A DNA stretch of 36,842 bases from a virus (IMGVR_UViG_3300017828_000004:1-36842), one strand, 5' to 3'. Positions 8,724-16,880 are shown, numbered from the stretch's first letter. Notes: generated by a model from the letters alone, not told the origin. Numbers and translations are program-made.

Positions 8724-8734
8724 AAAATGGTTGA
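8051..8734 (+). pseudogene. Intron-encoded GIY-YIG endonuclease with in-frame premature TAA at 8495-8497
   Basis: MTKIYTL...RYVGKT...RL..H...WE.YWI...LVN, then NUMOD3-like repeats. After the TAA the same frame continues SIKTKSKRWKPIAK...IYHSLMEAA...ISNAATGRRNTSAGYKW (NUMOD1/HTH-like) to TGA at 8734. Confidence 0.85.
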
Positions 8735-8945
8735 TGAGAAGTTAACACCAGAAGGAATGTGTACTGTTGTCCTTTATGCTGATTATGATCCTCAAGAGGA
8801 GAATAGAGAAGATGCATATTATTTTCAGACTCAAACAGATGGTACAGTTCCTGCTAAGTCTCCAATGGGTATGTTTGATCAAGAGAGGATTACAAATGAT
8901 CTCAATCTAGTATTTAAGACAATTGATCAATATTATGAAGGATGA
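8724..8945 (+). CDS. AAA ATPase, exon 2 (spliced product 238 aa)
   Basis: KMVDEKLTPEGMCTVVLYA...FQTQTDGTVPAKSPMGMF...NDL, the usual C-terminus of this family. Confidence 0.9.
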   Translation, partial: KMVDEKLTPEGMCTVVLYADYDPQEENREDAYYFQTQTDGTVPAKSPMGMFDQERITNDLNLVFKTIDQYYEG

Positions 8946-9081
8946 AGAAAAATACACTGCTGTAAATGATGAATTTCTAAAACAAGTGATTGCTCTTGTT
9001 GAAGAACATGATCTTGTTGACAATCTTAATGAAGAGACAAGAGATAAATTTTCGACATATAAAGAGATGACAGATGAGTGA
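8935..9081 (+). CDS. Small hypothetical protein (48 aa)
   Basis: MKDEEKYTAVNDEFLKQVIALVEEHDL...; overlaps both neighbours. Confidence 0.6.
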   Translation: MKDEEKYTAVNDEFLKQVIALVEEHDLVDNLNEETRDKFSTYKEMTDE

Positions 9082-9277
9082 ACCTCATCCACTTAGAGAA
9101 AGGATTCAAGAAGCATGGGGATATAATGAGTATTATAAAGATAAGTATAATTCCTTTGATGAATACATGGTGGAAGAAGTGCAGTCTGGATCTCATAGGG
9201 AAATGTATGAAGCTTATAAAACTGCTGCACTTAGTTTAAAAAATCTCGCACTTAAAGTTTATAATGAAAATAACTAA
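9074..9277 (+). CDS. Hypothetical protein
   Basis: 67 aa ORF in operon context. Confidence 0.65.
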   Translation: MSEPHPLRERIQEAWGYNEYYKDKYNSFDEYMVEEVQSGSHREMYEAYKTAALSLKNLALKVYNENN

Positions 9278-9283
9278 ACAGAT

Positions 9284-9778
9284 ATGAATATCAATAGAGA
9301 TTCTATGCAGAAGGTTGCAGACATTAATAAGCGTTCTATGACAACTCCTGATCTTCGATACAGTGAGTCTACAGAGCGTTGGACTATGAATGAGGAAGTC
9401 CAGAGTACTCTTGGACTTGATAACAAGGAAACTGGTCTTGTGATGTATCTTGCGACTGATGATAGTGGACAACAGGTGGTACTTGTTGAAGTTAATGACA
9501 AAGAGAATTCAGATTTCTTTACCGGAAAGGGTAATGTATTTACTGCACATAGGCTTGCAGATGCTGTTAGTAGTGAAGACAATCAGTATTCTCTTAAGCC
9601 TGTTGACGAAATGGAGAACACATATGCAGTTACTGATTGGGATGGTGAAAGTGAGATTCTTTCAAACCTACCAACTAATGAAGAAGATGATGATGAAAAT
9701 GAACAGAATCAAATTGAATCTGATTTGAGTGAGTTTGGTGAAACTGTTGATGATCAAGAAGAAGAGTTTGCTGTGTAA
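9284..9778 (+). CDS. Acidic hypothetical protein
   Basis: 164 aa, beta-rich-looking core with long D/E tail; directly upstream of SSB. Confidence 0.8.
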   Translation: MNINRDSMQKVADINKRSMTTPDLRYSESTERWTMNEEVQSTLGLDNKETGLVMYLATDDSGQQVVLVEVNDKENSDFFTGKGNVFTAHRLADAVSSEDNQYSLKPVDEMENTYAVTDWDGESEILSNLPTNEEDDDENEQNQIESDLSEFGETVDDQEEEFAV

Positions 9779-9854
9779 ATAGATAGTATACAAACTATTA
9801 TAATAGTGGGCGGGGAATCACTATTTCTAATAACTAATACAATTACAATACTTT

Positions 9855-10520
9855 ATGGCTATTGACATGTCAGTGACAGAAGAAGATATGGAAGAGAGTA
9901 ATTCTGCTCCAACTCTACGAGAAGGTTATATTGGTCCTGTTGAACTTACTAATCTTGAACGAGATGGACTAGGAGATGATGAAACTCCTGTTCTTCGATT
10001 TACCTTTGAAGCTCGTGATGAAGAGCATGTAGGTCAAGAATTTGAACATCTTGAGTGGCCCATTACTCAAGATGATATGGAGACAATTGATGCAAATGGA
10101 AACTCTAATGCAGAGATTGCTCTACGTCGAATGGTTCACATGCTATCTCGCCTCCTTGCTGTTGATAAGGATACTATTCGTGAGGATGTTGTTCGACTTC
10201 AGGGAGACTCTCTTGAAGAGGCATGGGAGAACCTCCGAACAAATGTTGCGAAGGCTTATCAGAAGTTTGGTACAACTGATGAGACTGTTCATGCAAAGGC
10301 TTATGCACGAGAAAGAGGTGGTTATGTGAATGTTAACTTTCCCAAGTATCCTGGATTCATTCGAGTAGTTGGAGAGGATCCAAAGCTTGAGTTTACTTCT
10401 TGGGAACGTGAACAGAATCGAGAAGCTGCTCAATTTCTTGCCGAAGGAGCAGATGGAGATGATGAGTTTGTAAGTGATGACGATGAGTTTGACTTTGGAG
10501 ATGATGATGTTGACTTTTAA
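9855..10520 (+). CDS. ssb: Putative single-stranded DNA-binding protein
   Basis: OB-fold-like N-terminus (LRFTFE...FEHLEW), very acidic tail ending DDDVDF, position between the Sak4-like ATPase and primase. Confidence 0.7.
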   Translation: MAIDMSVTEEDMEESNSAPTLREGYIGPVELTNLERDGLGDDETPVLRFTFEARDEEHVGQEFEHLEWPITQDDMETIDANGNSNAEIALRRMVHMLSRLLAVDKDTIREDVVRLQGDSLEEAWENLRTNVAKAYQKFGTTDETVHAKAYARERGGYVNVNFPKYPGFIRVVGEDPKLEFTSWEREQNREAAQFLAEGADGDDEFVSDDDEFDFGDDDVDF

Positions 10521-10552
10521 TCCTGGTTCTTTCTTAGGTAGCTGAGTCCATT

Positions 10553-10594
10553 AGGGGAGTGGGATGTGAAAGTCCCACTCTCCTTTTTATTTTT
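10553..10594 (+). terminator. Rho-independent terminator after ssb
   Basis: aggggagtgggat-gtgaaa-gtcccactctcct followed by ttttattttt. Confidence 0.88.
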
Positions 10595-10617
10595 GTTGAA
10601 CAAAATAAAAAGATTCT

Positions 10618-10806
10618 ATGACACATGGAGATGAACCAACCAATCCGGTTAAATATAATGAGAGATCTCAACTTGATGGATTAACCAAAAGAGAATATTT
10701 TGCAGCACAAGCTATGAAATCTCTTATTGAGAAAGGTTCTTATAAAGCAACAGAAGATGCTGTAACTTATGCAGATAAGCTTATTGAAGAACTAAATAAG
10801 GAATGA
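10618..10806 (+). CDS. Small conserved phage protein (GLTKREYFAAQAM family)
   Basis: GLTKREYFAAQAM...AVTYADKLIEELNK, a motif widespread in phages; function unknown. Confidence 0.8.
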   Translation: MTHGDEPTNPVKYNERSQLDGLTKREYFAAQAMKSLIEKGSYKATEDAVTYADKLIEELNKE

Positions 10807-11816
10807 AATATGATCTTAAAGTGGATCCTAAAATTGATAAGGAGTATATTCTTTCACGAATATCTCAAGAAGAAATATTTGAATACTATTTAGGAGTTGA
10901 AGTTCAAACACATGAACACATTAGAAGTCCTCTCAGAAGAGATCGACATCCTACATGTAACTTTGAGTACTACAAAGGAAAACTTTACTTTATGGATTGG
11001 GCTATGTTTGATAGTCCAAAAGATTGTTTTAATTTGGTCATGTATATGTATGACTTAGATTTTTGGGATGCTCTTGAGAAGATAGCTGCTGATCTTGATT
11101 TAAGTGATAAGGAAAAAGATAATCAACTACAATTTGAGTTTGAAGCATCTGAATCTGATCCAGAAGATGGGGAATCTCCAACCCTTATAGAAGTAAAAAA
11201 GCAACCATTTACAAAGACAGATGCAAATTATTTATCCAAGTATGATATAATCAAAGAGACCTGTGAATACTACAAGGTATTTTCCATTAAAAGAGTATGG
11301 TTAAATAAAGATAGTATTTATTCTTATGATAAAGAAGATCCTGCTCTTGGATATTTCTTTGGGTTAAAGAATGGTGTTCAGCAGTGGAAGATTTATTTCT
11401 ACAAAAGAGATCAACTTAGATTTCTATGTAATACTAACAGAATACAAGGATATCCTCAATTACCTGATGATGGAGATCATTGTGTGATTACAAAGTCTCT
11501 TAAGGATGTAATGTCCTTGTATCAATATAATATTTCTGCTATAGCTCCTCAAAGTGAATCCACAATTCCTTCTAAAAGACTTATTAGAGAGCTTAAGGAA
11601 AGATTTTCAAATGTGGTGTCACTCTACGACTTTGATAGGACTGGTGTATCAACGGCTAATAGACTTAGGCATAACCATTCTATTCAACCACTATTTCTTA
11701 CGAATGGTAGATTTGATACTGTAGACTATGGAGCTAAAGATTTTTCAGATTATGTGAAGAGTAACTCAGAAGAAGATGTCGTTAAACTTATTGATAATGC
11801 CAAACAAACGATATGA
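10803..11816 (+). CDS. dnaG: DnaG-family primase (crAss-type)
   Basis: Degenerate zinc-binding region SPLRRDRHPTC; Toprim ITKSLKDVM, YDFDRTG, KDFSD. Confidence 0.87.
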   Translation: MKYDLKVDPKIDKEYILSRISQEEIFEYYLGVEVQTHEHIRSPLRRDRHPTCNFEYYKGKLYFMDWAMFDSPKDCFNLVMYMYDLDFWDALEKIAADLDLSDKEKDNQLQFEFEASESDPEDGESPTLIEVKKQPFTKTDANYLSKYDIIKETCEYYKVFSIKRVWLNKDSIYSYDKEDPALGYFFGLKNGVQQWKIYFYKRDQLRFLCNTNRIQGYPQLPDDGDHCVITKSLKDVMSLYQYNISAIAPQSESTIPSKRLIRELKERFSNVVSLYDFDRTGVSTANRLRHNHSIQPLFLTNGRFDTVDYGAKDFSDYVKSNSEEDVVKLIDNAKQTI

Positions 11817-12160
11817 AAGATTCAAAAGAAATTGTAGAACCTGGGGATATATGTGGAGTTACATCATTCCATTTGGCAAGGATTAATTCTGGTGTTGCAG
11901 TTGAATGGACTGATAATAGTTTTCAGTATTTTACGATTTGTGATGCTGAAAAGGTACTTAATAGTTATCGTATGAATAGGTATGATTTAGACACTATTGA
12001 GGGTTATTTTAAAGAAGTATGGACTGCAAGAAAGTCATATATTCGTGGAAGATGGATGAATAGAAGAGTAGTACCTATTACTCAAGATTGTCTAACAGAA
12101 GAAGAACTTAAATATTATAATGCACTAATGAAAATTCATGGAGATACAATCACTAATTAA
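11813..12160 (+). CDS. Hypothetical protein, tandem paralog A
   Basis: GD...WTDNSFQYF...RRVVPI...YY shared with the next ORF. Confidence 0.8.
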   Translation: MKDSKEIVEPGDICGVTSFHLARINSGVAVEWTDNSFQYFTICDAEKVLNSYRMNRYDLDTIEGYFKEVWTARKSYIRGRWMNRRVVPITQDCLTEEELKYYNALMKIHGDTITN

Positions 12161-12168
12161 TAGTAAAT

Positions 12169-12507
12169 ATGAGAGATGCTAGAGAATATGTAACATCTGG
12201 TGATTTAGTTGCTGTTCATTATAGCAGAGTGAGTAAATTAGTTGCCGCAATAGCAAAGCAATGGACTGATAAAACATTTCAATATTTTAGTATAAGTAAT
12301 TATCTTACACGCAAATATAAGAGAAAAAATGGTAAGACTCCTGGCAATCTGAAAGATTATATTGAATCCCATAGATTTCATCCTAATACATGGACAGAAT
12401 ATATTAGAAGTTTTCCAGAAAGAAGAGTTGTACCAATTAAAGAAGATTATCTAAATCAATATGAAAAAGTTTACTATGATCTACTAAAAGATGAGCTTAA
12501 TCAATGA
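12169..12507 (+). CDS. Hypothetical protein, tandem paralog B
   Basis: GD...WTDKTFQYF...RRVVPI...YY shared with the previous ORF. Confidence 0.8.
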   Translation: MRDAREYVTSGDLVAVHYSRVSKLVAAIAKQWTDKTFQYFSISNYLTRKYKRKNGKTPGNLKDYIESHRFHPNTWTEYIRSFPERRVVPIKEDYLNQYEKVYYDLLKDELNQ

Positions 12508-13247
12508 GTCAAATTCAACAAATAGAAATTCCAGAATATATCACTAAGATAAAAACTAGTGATGAAATTCAACCTATTTATTATGGGAAATATGATAGCA
12601 GAGGCACCAGTAAAACTTGGACTTATGATGATGATCCTGATTCAGACAATAGGAATATGGGATCAGATAAGTATGATCCTATTAGAGAAGAATATGATGG
12701 ACCTCCTTGGGAACTAGAAGCACCTAAGACAAAGATTTTAAAGCTGCTTAAGGGGAAGTATGATTGGAACTCTCAGGGATATCTTGTTGATGAGAATGGA
12801 GATAGATTAGTTTCCAATCCTCGTAGAGCAGGAAAAGCAAGTTATGATTCTATCAGTGGTAATAGAATTATCTCCTCTAATTCCACTGGTCGTCAGGCAA
12901 AATACAAGAATAGACTAAAGGACTTTTATAGACCATTTATTGAAGATCAATTAGAACCTATTCCAGATGATAAATTTCCTATTGGAATTGAGTGGGAAGT
13001 CTATACAGTACCAGATAGGAATGCTAATCTATTTGATCTAAGCAATCTATGGTTCTATAAAAAGTATTTTGAAGATGTACTCTTTGAAGTAGATCCTCCT
13101 ATTATCCCTGATGACAATATTAAGTATATCACTTGGCATCAGAAGAAGATTATTCCAGTGAACGAATGGGAAAATAGGAAGTTTATTTTTAAGTTCCTAG
13201 AAGACAATAGAAAGGATATTAGTAAAGATGAGTTCTGGAATGATTAA
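12504..13247 (+). CDS. RusA-like Holliday junction resolvase with N-terminal extension
   Basis: FDLSNL...KYFEDVL...IIPDDN matches the RusA DxxN-K-xxD-DD pattern. Confidence 0.7.
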   Translation: MSQIQQIEIPEYITKIKTSDEIQPIYYGKYDSRGTSKTWTYDDDPDSDNRNMGSDKYDPIREEYDGPPWELEAPKTKILKLLKGKYDWNSQGYLVDENGDRLVSNPRRAGKASYDSISGNRIISSNSTGRQAKYKNRLKDFYRPFIEDQLEPIPDDKFPIGIEWEVYTVPDRNANLFDLSNLWFYKKYFEDVLFEVDPPIIPDDNIKYITWHQKKIIPVNEWENRKFIFKFLEDNRKDISKDEFWND

Positions 13248-13302
13248 CTCTGCAAACAAGTGTTAAAAACTAAAATATTCAAAACATGATACCTGTAGCA
13301 AT

Positions 13303-13575
13303 ATGAAAGATGTAAAGTTAGATAAACCTCATAGAGATATAGTTTATGCAGAAGATATTAATTTGGATGAGGATTTAGTATTTTTTAGAAAAGATGAACT
13401 TATCTATACTCTTTGTAAGGCTTCTGATGGAAAGTATAAATGGATTACTGGAAATGATCATATTTGGGGAAGGGCTAGTGATGAAGTGTTGGATAATGCA
13501 ATTCTTTTTGCATATGAGGAGGGGGCAAATATTAAGTGTATTAATTCATCAGAATTAGAAGAATTTAAATACTAA
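13303..13575 (+). CDS. Hypothetical protein
   Basis: 90 aa ORF in operon context. Confidence 0.7.
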   Translation: MKDVKLDKPHRDIVYAEDINLDEDLVFFRKDELIYTLCKASDGKYKWITGNDHIWGRASDEVLDNAILFAYEEGANIKCINSSELEEFKY

Positions 13576-13579
13576 TAAT

Positions 13580-14629
13580 ATGGAAATGAATAGAGATAAT
13601 TATCGAGACTATGATGCTATTAACTATTCCAAGTTATCTCAACTAGCTAGAAATCCATCTAAGGTAGATGAAGAGAAGGATTGGCATGATGGATTTGCAT
13701 TTGGTACTTTAGTTGATTACATGTGCTTTAGTCCAGATAAAGTGGATGAAGAGTTTCATGTAAGTCAAGCAGATAGGAAACCTAGTTCTACTGCTAAGGA
13801 GTTGGCTGATTGGATTCTCAATAAATCAAACTTACAGTCTCTTAAGGTGGAGAATAATAAAATTGTTGGATATGAAGATGTTGAATATGGTCGCACAAAA
13901 GTATCCTTAGATGAGCTATTAGAGGAAGCAGAAGAAGCTGTAGGAAGTTCTACATCATTTGAAAAGTATGGAGGAGTTGATTATCTCAAGGATCAAATTG
14001 AATCACAAGATAAACATGTAGTTAGTAGTGAACTATATGAAAAAGCAAAGAGAGCACATCAGACTCTAAAGACTCATAAGTTCACTCGCAGATACTTTGA
14101 TCCTGATAAAAATATTGAGATTCAATTTCAAGTACCTATTCTCTGGAAGCCTGGATATTATAAGAAAGTTTTTAATGATATTCAGGCTAAGAGTATGCTT
14201 GATATTGTAATCTTTGATCATGAGAATAAGACTATTCTTCCTGTAGATCTAAAGACTACAAGTTCTTCTGCTTTCATGTTTGAAAAGAAGATTGTGAAAT
14301 GGAGATATGATCTACAGGCTTCTTATTATACAGATGGTCTAAGATATAGAGTAGATAATCATAATGAAATTAGTGATTATGATATTCTTCCATTTGAGTT
14401 CATTGTAATCAGTTCTAAGAATCTTGAGAAGCCTCTAATCTATCAAATGAGTGAGAATGATTTACTAGTTGGTAGAGAAGGAGGTATTCTATCTTATAGT
14501 GGAAGAAGTGTAAAAGGATGGACTGATCTAATTAGAGACTTACTTTGGCATCAGGAGAACAACAAATGGGAGTACTCACGAGAGATTTATGAGAATAATG
14601 GTAAAGTTGAAGTAGATATATTTAAATAA
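13580..14629 (+). CDS. PD-(D/E)xK exonuclease (RecE/exonuclease VIII, DUF3799-like)
   Basis: INYSKLS, FGTLVD, KSMLD...VDLKTT, YDLQASYY. Confidence 0.85.
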   Translation: MEMNRDNYRDYDAINYSKLSQLARNPSKVDEEKDWHDGFAFGTLVDYMCFSPDKVDEEFHVSQADRKPSSTAKELADWILNKSNLQSLKVENNKIVGYEDVEYGRTKVSLDELLEEAEEAVGSSTSFEKYGGVDYLKDQIESQDKHVVSSELYEKAKRAHQTLKTHKFTRRYFDPDKNIEIQFQVPILWKPGYYKKVFNDIQAKSMLDIVIFDHENKTILPVDLKTTSSSAFMFEKKIVKWRYDLQASYYTDGLRYRVDNHNEISDYDILPFEFIVISSKNLEKPLIYQMSENDLLVGREGGILSYSGRSVKGWTDLIRDLLWHQENNKWEYSREIYENNGKVEVDIFK

Positions 14630-14630
14630 T

Positions 14631-14924
14631 ATGAGTATTCCAACAACTAATTTTAGTGCTGTAAATGACAACTTTAATAGGACTCATGGTTATAATGGGT
14701 CTAGTAAATTACAACATTTAGCTAGAGCTAGAAATGGGTTTAGATACAATTGTAAATACCATCTAGGTAATCTAAAATCAAATCTTAGAGCCTTACTTGG
14801 AACTGAATACGAAGATGAATATGAGGAAATGAAAGAAAAGATAGAAGATCTACAAGAAGAATTATATGAAAATGTAGATGAAGTTTGGACCTCCAAAAGA
14901 AAAGAGGTTAAAGAGGAGTCATGA
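14631..14924 (+). CDS. Hypothetical protein (coiled-coil C-terminus)
   Basis: 97 aa ORF, tightly packed with neighbours. Confidence 0.7.
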   Translation: MSIPTTNFSAVNDNFNRTHGYNGSSKLQHLARARNGFRYNCKYHLGNLKSNLRALLGTEYEDEYEEMKEKIEDLQEELYENVDEVWTSKRKEVKEES

Positions 14925-15109
14925 GATATTTCCTACATCCCAATGGCACTATTGAGAGAACTCCAGTATCTAAAAGAGATTTCCGTGATGCCTGGATGGG
15001 AGCTATAAGAACTGAAAGTAATAGAGGTTATCATAGAATAGAAGATAGAGATTTATATGAGACAACTAAAACCAAAGGATCTAAGGAGTCAACTAGGGGA
15101 GTGGGCTAA
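14921..15109 (+). CDS. Small hypothetical protein
   Basis: 62 aa, ATGA-coupled to the previous gene; overlaps the UDG 5' end by 53 nt. Confidence 0.5.
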   Translation: MRYFLHPNGTIERTPVSKRDFRDAWMGAIRTESNRGYHRIEDRDLYETTKTKGSKESTRGVG

Positions 15110-15800
15110 TACTCCCCTTTACAATGAGTTTAATAAAGATTATCTAAGATATCTAAGGAAATATATCAAGAAAAGAAGAAAAGAATCTACTGTTTATCCT
15201 GATAGTGAGGATGTTTTTAAAGCCTTTAGACTCTGTTCTCCTAGTGATTTAAAGGTAGTAATCTTAGGACAAGGACCCTATCATGATGGTTCAGCAGATG
15301 GTTTAGCTTTCTCCAATGGAGGTAATTACAATAACATTAGTCCATCTCTAAGGAATATATTCAAGGAAATTGAGAATGATATTGGGATGCAAAATGTAGC
15401 TCCTGATCCTGATCTTTCTAGATGGGCAGAACAAGGCGTTCTCCTTCTTAACACATGTTTGACTGTGGAGAAGGGAGAAAGTGGTAGTCACCTTCGTATA
15501 CCCTGTCCAGATGGTGAGAAAAGAGAGTTATGGCAGAGATTTACAAGAAAGGCTATTAAACTGTGCTCTGATATTGATAAGCCTACAGTATTTATGCTGT
15601 GGGGTAATTATGCAAAGAGCTATGTAGAAGACACTTTACCTGTCATAGATCCTCTAAAACCAGGAAACAGAGTATTAAGAGCATATCATCCTATTGCAGA
15701 AAGCTACGGCCATAGTGGATTTTATAATCAGAATCACTTTAGTCAATGTAATCAATTTCTTAAAGATAAAGATATAGAACCTATTCAATGGCAAATGTAG
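15057..15800 (+). CDS. ung: Family 1 uracil-DNA glycosylase homolog with altered catalytic motif
   Basis: VYP...VFKAF, VVILGQGPYH (canonical GQDPYH), ADGLAFS, SPSLRNIFKE, WAEQGVLLLN, FMLWG, YHP, HFSQCN. Confidence 0.92.
   Translation: MRQLKPKDLRSQLGEWANTPLYNEFNKDYLRYLRKYIKKRRKESTVYPDSEDVFKAFRLCSPSDLKVVILGQGPYHDGSADGLAFSNGGNYNNISPSLRNIFKEIENDIGMQNVAPDPDLSRWAEQGVLLLNTCLTVEKGESGSHLRIPCPDGEKRELWQRFTRKAIKLCSDIDKPTVFMLWGNYAKSYVEDTLPVIDPLKPGNRVLRAYHPIAESYGHSGFYNQNHFSQCNQFLKDKDIEPIQWQM
15095..15120 (+). terminator. Terminator-like hairpin within the ung 5' end
   Basis: aggggagt-gggctaat-actcccct followed by only a short T run; spans the stop codon of 14921..15109. Confidence 0.4.
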
Positions 15801-16048
15801 AACTTGTATCAAAAACAGTACCAAATAAAGAATATATCAAGAAATATTTTGAGAGTATTTCTGATGAAATTGATATTAACAGATGGGAAGAAATTGTTGA
15901 TGATGTATCAGCAGAGCAATTGATTATTTATATTGCTCGTGTATCATCATCAAGAGATAATAAGTTTGAAGACTATGAAGGACTCCTTAAGTATCTTATT
16001 GATAATTCTCACTGGAGTCCTTTTCAAATGGCTGATAATGACTATTGA
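15788..16048 (+). CDS. thyX: Flavin-dependent thymidylate synthase, N-terminal part (frameshifted)
   Basis: IIYIARVSS...LLKYLI...HWSPFQMAD; frame ends at TGA 16046-16048. Confidence 0.85.
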   Translation: MANVELVSKTVPNKEYIKKYFESISDEIDINRWEEIVDDVSAEQLIIYIARVSSSRDNKFEDYEGLLKYLIDNSHWSPFQMADNDY

Positions 16049-16565
16049 AATTGAGACTTCAAGAGCTATTGGAAGACAACTAATTAGGCATAGATCCTTT
16101 AAATTTCAGGAATTTAGTCAAAGGTATTCTTCTGATATTGAGTTTGAAAACTTTGAACTCAGAGAACAACCTGAAAATAATAGACAGAGTAGCTCAAAAA
16201 AGATAAATCCTGTTCTTTGGGGAAGAGAGGATGAAGATACTACTCTCTCAAATCTAGAAACTACAGGAGTCAGAGCGAGAGGGCATGTAAAAAATTTACT
16301 TCAAAGAGTCAGTAGTTTGTATAATGATTTAATTGATGCTGGTGTAGCATCTGAAACAGCAAGAATGATTCTTCCTGAATGTACTCAAACTACTCTGTAT
16401 ATGAAAGGATCTGTCAGAAGCTGGATTCATTATCTTGAACTTAGGAGCAAAGAGAATACACAGAAGGAACATAGAGAAGTAGCTAATGAAATTGGTAAAA
16501 TCTTTCAAGAGGAGTTTCCTGTAACATCAAATGCACTAGATTTTAACTATGTGGAAAAAGATTAA
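16038..16565 (+). CDS. thyX: Flavin-dependent thymidylate synthase, C-terminal part (+1 frame)
   Basis: MTIEIETSRAIGRQLIRHRSFKFQEFSQRY (RHRx7S motif), NRQSS, ETARMILP, WIHYLELR, TQKEHR. Confidence 0.9.
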   Translation: MTIEIETSRAIGRQLIRHRSFKFQEFSQRYSSDIEFENFELREQPENNRQSSSKKINPVLWGREDEDTTLSNLETTGVRARGHVKNLLQRVSSLYNDLIDAGVASETARMILPECTQTTLYMKGSVRSWIHYLELRSKENTQKEHREVANEIGKIFQEEFPVTSNALDFNYVEKD

Positions 16566-16713
16566 AGCTATTTTACATTTTATTCCAGGTGTACATTTTT
16601 ATAGAAAATGGAGTAGGCCAAAACAAGGTATATATACAGACACTGAAAGTACTTTTAAGTGGCAGAGTACTACATGCAAGATCTGTGGAAAATATAAGGA
16701 GAGAAAGGTATGA
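16549..16713 (+). CDS. Small basic protein with H...CxxCG (54 aa)
   Basis: MWKKIKAILHFIPGVHFY...TCKICGKYKERKV*; ATGA-coupled to the next ORF. Confidence 0.6.
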   Translation: MWKKIKAILHFIPGVHFYRKWSRPKQGIYTDTESTFKWQSTTCKICGKYKERKV

Positions 16714-16880
16714 AAGTAACAATTGATAAGGTAAAACAAGCTTATAAAAAGGCTAAGGATACAGGAATGTTTTGGGAATTTCATCCAGAAATGACTGGAG
16801 AATGGCAAAAGGATAAAGATGACTATATTGAATTTGTAGAAGAGCACTGGAATTGGAATTTAATAGATGAATCATCTTAA
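16710..16880 (+). CDS. Small hypothetical protein (56 aa)
   Basis: MKVTIDKVKQAYKKAKDTGMFWEFHPEMTGEWQKDK... Confidence 0.65.
   Translation: MKVTIDKVKQAYKKAKDTGMFWEFHPEMTGEWQKDKDDYIEFVEEHWNWNLIDESS

Noticed and set aside
10588-10595. TATTTTTG matching the Bacteroidota -7 promoter element (TAnnTTTG)
   Set aside because: It coincides with the terminator U-tract, lacks a TTTG -33 element and is easily produced by chance in AT-rich DNA.
15933-16037. N-terminal 35 aa of the 210 aa ORF as the real ThyX start
   Set aside because: The ThyX-like N-terminal motifs lie in the other frame (15788..16048); this stretch is a shadow frame.
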